Shown piece by piece: positions 34,834 through 44,765 of a stretch of DNA of 62,012 nt (the stretch's first letter is position 1; the number at the start of each line of letters is the position of its first letter). Below the pieces are notes generated by a model. The model was not told the origin of the DNA, searched no databases, and worked only from the letters and a program-made list of their open reading frames with translations. Source of the DNA: Campylobacterales bacterium (GTDB lineage: Bacteria > Campylobacterota > Campylobacteria > Campylobacterales > QNZT01); contig JAMONX010000156.1 of the NCBI GenBank assembly GCA_027066435.1, forward strand, positions 1-62,012, in the 5' to 3' direction. Both the position numbers and the translations under genes were made by a program.

Positions 34834-36462
34834 CTCTTTTTCATTTAAAAGTTCAGGGTTTGGTTTCCCTATAAAATAGCCTTGTGCATAGTCTATTCCT
34901 ATCTTTTTTACAATATTGAATATCTCTTCATCATATACATATTCAGCTACAGTTTTTGCACCAATTTTATCTGCAAAACTTTTTATAGCTTCTACTGTTT
35001 TTAGGCTAGAGTCACAGTGCTTTAGATTTTCAATCAAACTTCCGTCTATTTTGATTATATCTGGGTTAAACTCAATAATTCTAATAAAATTTGAGTATCC
35101 ACTGCCAAAATCATCAATTGCTATTTTAACACCAAGATTGCGGACTTTTTTAATAAAATTGTTTACATATTCATAATCTTGAGTCTCTTTATCTTCTAAT
35201 AGCTCTAAAATTACTTTATGTGTGATATCAGAATTTTGCTCAAGAAGAGTTAAAAGATACTCATTTGCAATACGATCTTCAATATCTAATGAAGAGAGAT
35301 TTATAGAGATTTCACATTGATTTTTTCTAATTTTTTCTAATGTTTTTCGAAAAAGAACTTTAGTTACCTCTGGATATAATCTACCTTTCTTTGCTACATC
35401 TAAAAAATATGGTCCTGGCGGTATGAGCTGTCCATTTTCATCAAACATTCTTACCAATGCTTCATATCTTTTTATTTCATCTGTGTTGATATTATAAATA
35501 GGTTGAAAATATGGCATAATTTTATTGTTTTTTAGTGCAATTTTTATACTTTTTAGCATTTGTAAGTTATTTTTTAGATTATCTTTAATTGAATCAATAA
35601 TATCACAAGAGAGTAAAAAATTCTTTTTTTGACACACGGCTGCTGTTAAAACCATATTTGCATCTTCATAAAGTAAATCTAAGCCTTGTGCAAAACTCAT
35701 CGTGACATTTACATCAAAATTATATTCGTTATAACTATACTTTGTTTTTTTGATTTTTTCAGTTAATTTTGTACAAAACTCTATAGCTTTGTTTTTATCT
35801 AGCTTGGAACCCAAGTTTAAAAGCAGTGCATATTTTCCACTTGAGAGATGATAAATATCAAAATCTCCTGCTATTTGAGTATATAAATTTAAATTTTTTA
35901 CAAAAATAATTTCTAACTCTTTTGCAATATTTACCCCATAAAAGTTTTCAATCATATCAAAATTATCAATTTTTATTAAAAATAGTTCTTGTTTTTGAGC
36001 TCTTGCTTTAATAACTTTTAAAAGAGCTATCTTGTTTGGAAGGTTTGTAACTTGATTTTTCGTTGCAAGTGTATATCTTTTATTTAATTGGCTAAATCCA
36101 GCATAAGATTTACACCTTGCTTTTAGTTCAAATTGGTCAAATGGTTTAGATATAAAATCATTAACTCCAGATGCAAGAGCTTTTATCTTATCCTCTTTTT
36201 GGTCAAGTGAAGTAATCATAAGAATAGGAACTCTTTGTATCTCTTCAATATTTCTTATCTCTCTTGTCGCTTCAAACCCATCTATTATTGGCATGAGTGC
36301 ATCCATCAAAATTATATCTGGTTTTATCTCTTCTGCTCTTTGAATAGCTTCTAATCCATTTGTTGCTTCAAAAAATTGATATCCCTCATTTTTAAGAGAT
36401 ATTTTTATTGTCATTCGATTGATTTGTAAATCATCTACAATGAGGATTTTTATATGTTTCAT
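34813..36462 (-). CDS. Response regulator: REC - degenerate GGDEF - EAL (c-di-GMP phosphodiesterase)
   Basis: REC (ILIVDD...DIILMDALMP...KP). The GGDEF position reads HLSSGKYALL. EAL motif YEALVRM, plus DDFGSGYSN and KIDGSLI. Confidence 0.8.
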   Translation of the reverse strand: MKHIKILIVDDLQINRMTIKISLKNEGYQFFEATNGLEAIQRAEEIKPDIILMDALMPIIDGFEATREIRNIEEIQRVPILMITSLDQKEDKIKALASGVNDFISKPFDQFELKARCKSYAGFSQLNKRYTLATKNQVTNLPNKIALLKVIKARAQKQELFLIKIDNFDMIENFYGVNIAKELEIIFVKNLNLYTQIAGDFDIYHLSSGKYALLLNLGSKLDKNKAIEFCTKLTEKIKKTKYSYNEYNFDVNVTMSFAQGLDLLYEDANMVLTAAVCQKKNFLLSCDIIDSIKDNLKNNLQMLKSIKIALKNNKIMPYFQPIYNINTDEIKRYEALVRMFDENGQLIPPGPYFLDVAKKGRLYPEVTKVLFRKTLEKIRKNQCEISINLSSLDIEDRIANEYLLTLLEQNSDITHKVILELLEDKETQDYEYVNNFIKKVRNLGVKIAIDDFGSGYSNFIRIIEFNPDIIKIDGSLIENLKHCDSSLKTVEAIKSFADKIGAKTVAEYVYDEEIFNIVKKIGIDYAQGYFIGKPNPELLNEKELEALTC

Positions 36463-36782
36463 AAAACTTCCTCAAATTGTGTTAATAAATCTAACTCATA
36501 TTTCAGTTCAAGATAGAGAGATTTATAATCTACATTTTTCTCTTTTTTAGCCAATAACTCAATCCTTTTAGCAATATTTGTAATATCTTCTAGCATAAGG
36601 TTTGATGCACTTCCAGCTATTGCGTGAGTTGCATTTTTAATTTGCTCATAATTATTTGTTCTAAGAGCAGCGTTAAATATCTCAAGAGACTCAGATGCAT
36701 TATCTAAAAATATTTCCATAAGCATAGAGACATCATCTATGTCAAAATCTAATTTATCAGCAATTTGTTGTAAATTTATCAT
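36459..36782 (-). CDS. Hpt domain phosphotransfer protein
   Basis: ATHAIAGSASNLML Hpt histidine motif. 4-nt overlaps with both neighbours. Confidence 0.65.
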   Translation of the reverse strand: MINLQQIADKLDFDIDDVSMLMEIFLDNASESLEIFNAALRTNNYEQIKNATHAIAGSASNLMLEDITNIAKRIELLAKKEKNVDYKSLYLELKYELDLLTQFEEVL

Positions 36783-38674
36783 GCTAATTCCTTTTTATAT
36801 GTGGATGTTAAAAAATAGTTTAATGTAAAAGCTAGTTTCTCTTTATTTAGTGGTTTTGTAAGATATTCGTCCATTCCAGCACTCAAAAATCTTTCTCTGT
36901 CACCTTTTAACGCATTTGCAGTCAATGCAATAATAGGAGTATGTTTTAAATTTTCTTCTCTCTCATACTCTAAAATCTGTTTAGTGGCTTCTATACCATT
37001 TAAATTTGGCATGTTTTCATCCATTAGGACAAGATCATAAAAATTATTTTTATAAGTACTTACTGCTTCTAGTCCGTCATTTGCTATATCAAAAATGATA
37101 CCAAATTTTTTAAGTATCAAACTCATAAACATTTGATTTGCTTTATTGTCTTCTACTAAAAGTATTCGTTTACCTTTTAAAGCTTCTGTATCAGATTTCT
37201 TAGCAATTATTTGTTCTTTAAATGTTCCAACTTCTACAGGTATCTCAAAATAAAATCTGCTTCCTGAGCCTTCTTTACTCTCAAGTTTTAGCTCTGCACC
37301 TAACATCTTAACTAGTTTTGAACTGATAGCAAGACCCAACCCTGTTCCACCATATTTTCTTGTTGTTGAACTTTGAGCTTGTGTAAAGGCTTTAAATATG
37401 TCAGCTTGTTTATCATAAGCTATGCCAATACCATTATCTTTTACAGAGATATGAAGCTTATTATCAGAGTATCTCATCAATAACTCTATACGACCATTTC
37501 TTGGTGTAAACTTAATCGCATTTGAGAGTAAGTTTGCCATAACCTGTTTTATTCTCAATGGATCAGATTTTAATGCTTTTGGTATGTTATCTTCCATCTT
37601 AAATGTTAGTGAAACACCTTTTTCAGAGGATTTTGCACGAAATAAATCAGCGAGAGAACTTAACTCATCTTTAGTATTAAAATCAACTTTTTCTATATTT
37701 AAATTGCCACTCTCAATTTTACTAAAATCTAAAATATCATTAATGATACTTAAAAGTGTTGTTGAAGAGCTTTGAATTGTCTGTATATATTTTAGCTTCT
37801 CTTTGTCACTTTCTCTCTCTTTTAAGATATCGATAAAACCTAAAATCGCATTTAATGGAGTTCTTATCTCATGAGACATATTTGCTAGAAATTCGGATTT
37901 TGTTTTACTAGCTTGTTTTGATTTTTCAACAAGAAGTTTTGCATTTTCATTTGAAGCTTCTAGAATTTCACTACTTTTTAGAATTTGTTTACTAATTAGG
38001 TGACTTAGATAAAGGAGTGAAGCGATAACAAAAATAACAGCTAACAGTTCATATCCAAGATATTTATCTTTTTGTGCCACAATCTTAGAATCTAGTCTAT
38101 TTATCTGATAAGTTATCTGTCTTAATAAATTATCATTGTTAGCTTTAATCTTTTCAAACTTTTCTATAATTTTCTTTATATCTTTGTTAGTACTTTTTTC
38201 TATATTGGTATAAAAATTTATTATGCTATTTTTGAGTAAAGTTAAATCTTGTCCAGATTTTTGAAGTGACAAGGTATTATAGTTGTCATATTGTAAACTA
38301 TATAGTTTTGGTTGGTAGTCTATATTTTGGTAGATATTTCCATCAAATTTCAATGAACCACCAAATCTTAAAACATTTAAGTATTTTTCTACTAATCCTA
38401 ATTTTTGATCTATATTTTCTTTGAAATAATCAAAGTTTTCGGCTCTATTTGAAATAGCAATTTGTAAAAAACTCTCTTGTGCATAACTTAAGTTTTGGCT
38501 AATTCTCTCTTGGATTGATTTTTTGACTTGAAGATTTTTTGTCTCTTGATCTAAATCATCGATTAATCCATTGAAAATATAATTTAAACTACCAATAATA
38601 AAGAGACTTGCTATAAAAAGACGAAGAAGTGCTTGTAGGTCTTTGTATGTTTGATTTTTTCTATTAGCAGACAT
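36779..38674 (-). CDS. Hybrid sensor histidine kinase / response regulator
   Basis: Start trimmed to ATG 38674 (MSANRKNQ...), because the longer track ORF runs into the divergent ybjQ gene. Two TMs, H-box SHEIRTPLNAILG, N/G boxes NLLSNAIKF and GGTGLGLAI, C-terminal REC (LLVEDN...LVLMDENMP...KP). Confidence 0.88.
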   Translation of the reverse strand: MSANRKNQTYKDLQALLRLFIASLFIIGSLNYIFNGLIDDLDQETKNLQVKKSIQERISQNLSYAQESFLQIAISNRAENFDYFKENIDQKLGLVEKYLNVLRFGGSLKFDGNIYQNIDYQPKLYSLQYDNYNTLSLQKSGQDLTLLKNSIINFYTNIEKSTNKDIKKIIEKFEKIKANNDNLLRQITYQINRLDSKIVAQKDKYLGYELLAVIFVIASLLYLSHLISKQILKSSEILEASNENAKLLVEKSKQASKTKSEFLANMSHEIRTPLNAILGFIDILKERESDKEKLKYIQTIQSSSTTLLSIINDILDFSKIESGNLNIEKVDFNTKDELSSLADLFRAKSSEKGVSLTFKMEDNIPKALKSDPLRIKQVMANLLSNAIKFTPRNGRIELLMRYSDNKLHISVKDNGIGIAYDKQADIFKAFTQAQSSTTRKYGGTGLGLAISSKLVKMLGAELKLESKEGSGSRFYFEIPVEVGTFKEQIIAKKSDTEALKGKRILLVEDNKANQMFMSLILKKFGIIFDIANDGLEAVSTYKNNFYDLVLMDENMPNLNGIEATKQILEYEREENLKHTPIIALTANALKGDRERFLSAGMDEYLTKPLNKEKLAFTLNYFLTSTYKKELA

Positions 38675-38759
38675 GTTATTCCTAAATATATTTATTATAA
38701 GCATATCGTCAAGTTTTAGAAAAAGTTTAATTTGATACAATATATCAAAGGGGTTGCAT

Positions 38760-39074
38760 ATGTTAATAACAAATATAGAGTATATACCAAATAGAGAAAT
38801 CATAGAACATTTTGGTATTGTTTCAGGCTCAACTGTCAGAGCAAAGCATGTTGGACGGGATATGATGGCTGGTTTTAAAAACATTTTTGGTGGGGAACTC
38901 AAGGGTTATACCGAACTCTTAACAGAATCTAGAGAAGAAGCGATGGATAGAATGATAGCTCAAGCCCAGTCTCTTGGTGCAAATGCTATTTTAAATGTCC
39001 GTTTTTCAACTTCTTCAGTAGCAGCTGGTGCATCTGAACTTTATGTCTATGGTACAGCGGTAGTAATTAGATGA
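38760..39074 (+). CDS. YbjQ/UPF0145 (DUF74) family protein
   Basis: MLITNIEYIPNREIIEHFGIVSGSTVRAKHVGRDMMAGFKNIFGGEL is typical of YbjQ. AAAGGGG RBS 6 nt upstream of ATG 38760. Confidence 0.8.
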   Translation: MLITNIEYIPNREIIEHFGIVSGSTVRAKHVGRDMMAGFKNIFGGELKGYTELLTESREEAMDRMIAQAQSLGANAILNVRFSTSSVAAGASELYVYGTAVVIR

Positions 39075-39511
39075 TTTTTGAAATATCAATTTTCTTAATC
39101 CTTTTACTGATAGGATATATTTCAGGAACCTTGATAGAAAAGAGACATTATAAAAGTATTAGAGAAAGGGAGGAAGAGTTAAAAGCTTTGCCAACAACTA
39201 CTCATAAAAGACCACTCTATGAAGAAGATATCAAATCATGTAAACTTGTAAATGGGAGCGTTGTTATATCAATTGATTATTTTAAAAAGTTTTTGGCTTC
39301 ACTTATTAACTTTTTTGGTGGAAATATATCCTCTTATGAGACACTCATCGACCGTGCAAGAAGAGAAGCAATCCTTCGTCTAAAAGAGGATGCAAAAGAT
39401 GCAAGTGAGATAATAAACTTACGAATAGAGACAAGTTCCATCACAAAAAATACAAAAAATAGTGTAGGTGCTGTTGAAGTTTTAGCTTTTGGAACTGCGA
39501 TATATAGATAA
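39071..39511 (+). CDS. Membrane-anchored YbjQ-like (DUF74) domain protein
   Basis: N-terminal TM, then VNGSVVISIDYFKKFLASLINFFGGNISSYETLIDRARREA, parallel to the YbjQ core. Confidence 0.55.
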   Translation: MIFEISIFLILLLIGYISGTLIEKRHYKSIREREEELKALPTTTHKRPLYEEDIKSCKLVNGSVVISIDYFKKFLASLINFFGGNISSYETLIDRARREAILRLKEDAKDASEIINLRIETSSITKNTKNSVGAVEVLAFGTAIYR

Positions 39512-40296
39512 TGAAATATCATGCATCTCTACCTGATGATAGAGTAAATATACCAAAAGATAATTTACTTTTTTTGGCATTCAAACTTCTATTTTCGTTA
39601 GCCATTTTAACGGCTATATTTTATGTTCTATTAAAATTAACTCTTGATACAATTGTTACATATTTACCAGCAACATATGAAAAGAAGCTAACTTCACTTG
39701 TTTCGTTTGACCTAAATATCACCGATGGTCGTTCATCTGATTACTTAGATGAGATAACTACCAAATTAGCTAAATGTGCCAATCTTCCCTATGATGTTAA
39801 AACTTTTATAATTTCCCAAGAGACTCCAAATGCTTTTGCACTTCCAGGAGGTATAATCTACATCACCGATGGGATGCTAAGAAAATTAAAAAACCAAAAT
39901 GAATTAGTGGCAATTTTAGGTCATGAAATGGGGCATTTTAAAAATCGTGACCATCTTAAAGGATTTGGCAATTCGATGATTGTTTCGGTAATATCTCTAC
40001 TATTAGGAGAAGGGTATGGAGGAGTTTTAAATGCTACATTAAACATCTCTAATGCAAAATTTTCTCAATCAGCAGAGTTTGGGTCGGATATCTTTGCACT
40101 TGATGTTATGCAGTGTGCTTATGGAAATGTTACAGATGCAACAAAACTTTTTGCTCGTTTAGATAAAGGTGAAGATTGGAAATACTTTTTAGCTTCGCAT
40201 CCAGCATTTAAAGATAGGATAGATAGGATGAATAACTATATACAAGAGCAAAACTACAACACTACAGGTGAAGTAATCCCACTCAAAAAGTTCTAG
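39511..40296 (+). CDS. M48-family zinc metallopeptidase (membrane-anchored)
   Basis: NAFALPGG...ILGHEMGHFKNRDH (HExxH), downstream E in SAEFGSD. Confidence 0.75.
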   Translation: MKYHASLPDDRVNIPKDNLLFLAFKLLFSLAILTAIFYVLLKLTLDTIVTYLPATYEKKLTSLVSFDLNITDGRSSDYLDEITTKLAKCANLPYDVKTFIISQETPNAFALPGGIIYITDGMLRKLKNQNELVAILGHEMGHFKNRDHLKGFGNSMIVSVISLLLGEGYGGVLNATLNISNAKFSQSAEFGSDIFALDVMQCAYGNVTDATKLFARLDKGEDWKYFLASHPAFKDRIDRMNNYIQEQNYNTTGEVIPLKKF

Positions 40297-40916
40297 TTAG
40301 ATAGTACCCTGATACTTCTACTGCCATTTTCACTTAGCTCTTCAATCTGTGCAACTTCACCAACTCCTTTTGCATAATATCCAGGTTTCCCATTACAATT
40401 TATCTCAATTGTATCTTTAAAATTTTTATTACCGATAGTTATAGTACTATGATATTTTTTTAGTTTACAAGTAGAATCTTCAACAGTAACAACATCACCA
40501 ATATCTGCTGTTAAATCTAAATCATACGAACCATTTTGTGTTCCATCTTTTGTAAATGTAATTGTTATACGATCACTCTTTTTTGTATAAGTTGTCTTCT
40601 CATTACTTGCATAATCTGAAACTTCAAGAACACTATCACCTGAAGTTGTATAAGTTGTCTTATAGCTATTTGTCTCACTTCCTGTTGTCTCAATAAAAAT
40701 ATTTGTTGTATCAGTAGATGGGATGATATACTCCCATAAATTATACTTTCCATCTGTTTTCCCAGACTTATTTTTTACAACAGTTTTCTTATCAGGAGTA
40801 GCAATAATCGTAGTATCATCACCACCAATAGGATCATCTCCTGTATCGCTAGCACCACCTCCACAGCCTGTAAAAAGTGCTAAAGCCAACAATATAGTAG
40901 GTATGTTTTTTTTCAT
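40293..40916 (-). CDS. Lipoprotein, unknown function
   Basis: Lipobox LFTGC in MKKNIPTILLALALFTGCGG. Confidence 0.6.
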   Translation of the reverse strand: MKKNIPTILLALALFTGCGGGASDTGDDPIGGDDTTIIATPDKKTVVKNKSGKTDGKYNLWEYIIPSTDTTNIFIETTGSETNSYKTTYTTSGDSVLEVSDYASNEKTTYTKKSDRITITFTKDGTQNGSYDLDLTADIGDVVTVEDSTCKLKKYHSTITIGNKNFKDTIEINCNGKPGYYAKGVGEVAQIEELSENGSRSIRVLSN

Positions 40917-41097
40917 GTTTTTTATCCTTAACTTATTCGTATATGATTATATCGTCACTTTTTTTATTTTATCTACTAAAAAGATAACTTATTATTACAT
41001 TTATTGCTAATATATATAAAAAGTGAAATAAAGTTACACAAGTGTTGATTGATATTCATTATAGCAAAATAAAAATAATTAGTAATATAAATTCAAT

Positions 41098-42837
41098 CTA
41101 TCTTTTACTGTTCCAATCATCAATAACACTATTTGTGGGTTTAGTCTGTGATGAGAGTAGGGCTTTTAATGAATCTAACTCTTTTTCAAACTTATCATCT
41201 TCAAAATTTTTAGCTCTTTTAGCAAAATCTGCTTGAAAAATTGATAAAAGTTTTTTATATCCTTGGCTTACTTTAAGTGGACATGATTTCCTCTCCCAAG
41301 TCTCTAGCATAGTAAATGAAGGACGATCTGGTGGATATATCATACATCTTTTTTTTAGTGGAACAATGTTGTCTCTTTTTGTGATTTTATCTTGACATCC
41401 CTCTCTCATATCAATCATCCAATTTTTCATAATAGTCACATAGTCAGTTAAAAGTATAGCTTTGGCAATACCACTTCCTTTTGTAGTATATTTTTTTTCA
41501 AATGAGATTTTTTGTATATTTTCATAACTTTTCCCTTCTCTATCTTTATAAGATACACTTAAAGTTAAATCTTTTGCATCTGTAGTTTTTATCAAAATTA
41601 TACCACCTTTGACTGCTCCATTTTCGCTTGGGCTTGGAAAGAGAGTATTTACATACATCACTTCTCCTGTTGCTTTATCTGCATCGGGTGAACCATAAAC
41701 AGCTTTTATCTTATTTGTAGTGCTTGTTAACTTTAGTGACAAATCAAAAACAAGCGGTGTAACCATAAAATCAAACTCTTCATCTAACCTTTTTTTAAAC
41801 TCATCTGCTGAATGAACTGCAAAATAGTTTGCTCCCTTAGTTTTAGAGACTGCTTCTACTAAATCATTGTTAAAATCAACTCCAATACCTATAAATGTAG
41901 TGTAAATTCCTTCTTTTGAAGCCTTATCTACAAGCCCAAAAAGACCTTCCTCTTTTAACTCTCCACGATTTGGCATAGCATCTGTCAAAAATATAACTCT
42001 ATTTTCATAAGTTTTTTTATCTTTTAATTGACTTTCAATCGTATTAAAAAGTTCCAATCCTCTTTTATATCCTTCACTCCAGTTTGTTCCACCTCTACTT
42101 TTGAGATTCAAGATATGTTTTTTTGTCGCATTTATATCTGTATTTTTTACAAGACGAAGTGGTTTAGCCAAGTAAGCTTGATTATCAAAGAGTACAACTC
42201 CGAGTCTGTCATCACTTCCTAAATGGTCAATCATACTTACAAGTGACTCATTTGCTACTTGCATCTTTGAAATTTGAGGTTCATTTGCATCTGGATTTTT
42301 ATCATAATAGTAACTATCAAATGATGAGTTCATAGAACCTGAAATATCCAAAACCACTACGATATTTAACTTTTTTCTCTTAAAATCACTTGGCTTGATA
42401 TTTGAATTTAACCCCACACTTATATAGAAATCTTGCTCTTGTGTATATGGGTTTTCTCTCTTATATGTTGTATAACTTGGACAAAAAAGATCTTTGCACT
42501 CCTGCTTTTTTTCTGTTTTAAAATAGTGATCATAAAATACCCCTTCATATGTAAGAGATTTTACCTTTGGCAAATAACCATTTTTGATATTTTCATAAAA
42601 ATTATCAGAATCCTTAGCCCCACCAACAGAAAAACCAAGACTATCAGTTGACATCTTCATAATAGGAGAAGCAAGAGTTGTTGACATTGGCATTGCTCTT
42701 GATTTTAAATTTTTATCAAAAGATTGACTTGAGGCATTATAGTCCCAATCATCAATTGTTTTATTATAATCTTGTTGTTTAGCAGACATCGCAAATAGGG
42801 TGATCGCAGTGATAGCTAATATAAATAAATTTCGCAT
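41098..42837 (-). CDS. Secreted von Willebrand factor type A (VWA) domain protein
   Basis: Signal peptide. MIDAS motif VVVLDISGSM, with downstream GGTN and FLTDAMPN. Confidence 0.75.
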   Translation of the reverse strand: MRNLFILAITAITLFAMSAKQQDYNKTIDDWDYNASSQSFDKNLKSRAMPMSTTLASPIMKMSTDSLGFSVGGAKDSDNFYENIKNGYLPKVKSLTYEGVFYDHYFKTEKKQECKDLFCPSYTTYKRENPYTQEQDFYISVGLNSNIKPSDFKRKKLNIVVVLDISGSMNSSFDSYYYDKNPDANEPQISKMQVANESLVSMIDHLGSDDRLGVVLFDNQAYLAKPLRLVKNTDINATKKHILNLKSRGGTNWSEGYKRGLELFNTIESQLKDKKTYENRVIFLTDAMPNRGELKEEGLFGLVDKASKEGIYTTFIGIGVDFNNDLVEAVSKTKGANYFAVHSADEFKKRLDEEFDFMVTPLVFDLSLKLTSTTNKIKAVYGSPDADKATGEVMYVNTLFPSPSENGAVKGGIILIKTTDAKDLTLSVSYKDREGKSYENIQKISFEKKYTTKGSGIAKAILLTDYVTIMKNWMIDMREGCQDKITKRDNIVPLKKRCMIYPPDRPSFTMLETWERKSCPLKVSQGYKKLLSIFQADFAKRAKNFEDDKFEKELDSLKALLSSQTKPTNSVIDDWNSKR

Positions 42838-42909
42838 AAAAAACTCCTTTTTTTGAATTATACATTAAAAAGGGGTAAAATTGTGAATTGTTATTATTAA
42901 AGGCTAGTA

Positions 42910-43671
42910 TTATTTACTCTCTAGCATCTCACCCAATTTATAAGATTTTTTATTTAACAATTCATCAAAATTTTCCTCTTTGTTTGGTGAATTGCTTTCA
43001 TATTTATCTAATAATATATTATTGCTTCCCAATATCACAAGATAGTTTGTATCATTAAACTCTAAAAGTACAGCTCTATTTTTTTGATCTAAGGCTTTTT
43101 GTTTTATCACTTTTATATCTTGTTTTTTATCTATATCTTTATGAAATAGCCAGTTATTTGAGGTTGTTTTTGAGTTTTCAATCCATTTTTTTAGAAAAAA
43201 TAGTAGCAGTAGTAAAAATATAAGAACAGCTATCACTTTGAAAAAACTACTGTATATATCACTCTCTTTTTTTGTTTGTAAAACCCTCTCTTTTATAGGT
43301 TCTACTTTTACTAGTTTTTCAGATTTTACACGGATTCTAAGACCATAATTATCAACTGTCTTAGATGCAGTGATTGTAAATGGCTTTTTTGCATCTACTT
43401 TTACAAATGTTTGATTTTCATATGGCAAGATGTGGATTTGTTGAAGGATATTTGAGTTTACTTTTTTAGTGATGCCTTTTTCAAGTTTTAATCCGCCAAG
43501 CATTAAAATTGTACTATTTTCATCTCTTTTTTGGGAAATTTTTCCAAGATATGGTGTGTCAAATGTAAGCATAAGATCTACGCTATCATCTTGTTTATAG
43601 ATATTGTGGTTTGAGATTGTTGTGGAAAATAGATAGGTTGTAAATGTCAGTAAAAGTAAAACTCTTATCAT
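42910..43671 (-). CDS. Single-pass membrane protein downstream of fliN; possible enlarged FliO as in Helicobacter/Campylobacter
   Basis: 4-nt overlap with fliN. Signal-like N-terminus, and a central TM FFKVIAVLIFLLLLLFFL followed by a conserved-looking LLEFNDTNYLVILGSNNILLL segment. Confidence 0.4.
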   Translation of the reverse strand: MIRVLLLLTFTTYLFSTTISNHNIYKQDDSVDLMLTFDTPYLGKISQKRDENSTILMLGGLKLEKGITKKVNSNILQQIHILPYENQTFVKVDAKKPFTITASKTVDNYGLRIRVKSEKLVKVEPIKERVLQTKKESDIYSSFFKVIAVLIFLLLLLFFLKKWIENSKTTSNNWLFHKDIDKKQDIKVIKQKALDQKNRAVLLEFNDTNYLVILGSNNILLDKYESNSPNKEENFDELLNKKSYKLGEMLESK

Positions 43672-43967
43672 TGACGCTCTTTTTTGAAGTATTGGATGAT
43701 TGCATCTGAATCTAAAATCTCATTTATCCTGATGGCTAGATTTTCTTCATAAACCATGACTTCACCTTTGCCAACTATCTTTTTATTGACATAAAGTTCT
43801 ACACTTTCACCTGCTGGTTTTTTAAGGTCAATTACTGAGCCCGTTTTTAGTTTTAAAAAATCTCTAAGTGTAACATTTGTAGAGCCAAGCTCTGTCACCA
43901 AAGTTACAGATATATCAATAAGTTTATCATAATTAACACTATTTGAATTTATTTCAATATTTTCCAT
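43668..43967 (-). CDS. fliN: Flagellar motor switch protein FliN (SpoA domain)
   Basis: LGSTNVTLRDFLKLKTGSVIDLKKPAGESVELYVNKKIVGKGEVMVYEENLAIRINEI. Confidence 0.8.
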   Translation of the reverse strand: MENIEINSNSVNYDKLIDISVTLVTELGSTNVTLRDFLKLKTGSVIDLKKPAGESVELYVNKKIVGKGEVMVYEENLAIRINEILDSDAIIQYFKKERQ

Positions 43968-44026
43968 AAGATATTATACCTTTATGTGACTTGATGTAAA
44001 ATCTAGTTAGTTGAAATTGAGGTATT

Positions 44027-44758
44027 ATGATTATAGAGTTAATGGTTGTTGGTTTGTTTACAGGGGTTATCTCTGGGTTTTTTGGTGTTGGTGGTGGGCT
44101 TATACTTGTGCCAATTTTGCTCTATTTTGGATTTGATATAAAAGAGGCTATTGGAATTTCTGTTGTATCTATGATGTTTAGTTCAATTTTTGGCTCTTAC
44201 TTGAACTTTAAAAAAGGGACACTTCACCTTAAAAGTGCAATTTTCTTTGGCTTTGGAGGATTTATTGGTGGGCTTGGTAGTGGGTTTATAGTTGAAAATT
44301 TATCCGCTAAAACTCTTACTATAATTTTACTTTTTGCAGTTGTTTTTGCAATTTATAAGTTTTTTATGTCACCTATAAAATCTGGTAAGAAAGAGATTGA
44401 AAATAGAGGGTTATTCTTTCTAATCGGTGCGGTTGTAGGGCTTTTGGCTACTAGTGTTGGGATTGGTGGGTCGCTTATTTTAATACCTATTATGGTTGGT
44501 TTTTTACATTTTGAACTGAAAAAAGCTATCTCTGCGTCTCTATTTTTTGTGGTTTTCTCTTCCATTTCTGCTTTTTTATCACTCTCATATTTTGGGCATA
44601 TTGACTATTTTCACGGTGTTATTATCGGTATTTCATCACTTCTTGGGGTCTTTTTTGGTATAAGTGTTTCGCAAAAGACCAATCCGACAAGACATAAAAC
44701 TCTTATATTGATACTAAACATTATAACGCTTGGTCTTATATTAAATAAAATAGTCTAG
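44027..44758 (+). CDS. TauE/SafE family sulfite exporter-type membrane protein
   Basis: Two internal repeats, each with a GVGGG / GIGGS motif. About 8 TM helices. Confidence 0.75.
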   Translation: MIIELMVVGLFTGVISGFFGVGGGLILVPILLYFGFDIKEAIGISVVSMMFSSIFGSYLNFKKGTLHLKSAIFFGFGGFIGGLGSGFIVENLSAKTLTIILLFAVVFAIYKFFMSPIKSGKKEIENRGLFFLIGAVVGLLATSVGIGGSLILIPIMVGFLHFELKKAISASLFFVVFSSISAFLSLSYFGHIDYFHGVIIGISSLLGVFFGISVSQKTNPTRHKTLILILNIITLGLILNKIV

Positions 44759-44765
44759 GAAAATA

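Noticed and set aside
38675-38902. 76-codon N-terminal extension of the hybrid histidine kinase ORF
   Set aside because: It overlaps the divergent ybjQ gene and its RBS. The internal start MSANRKNQ precedes the first TM helix and gives a normal divergent promoter region.
40565-41010. Alternative-frame ORFs overlapping the 40293-40916 lipoprotein gene and its upstream spacer: 40565-40753 (same strand, different frame) and 40723-41010 (plus strand)
   Set aside because: Both overlap a lipobox-bearing ORF and have low-complexity composition. No start context.
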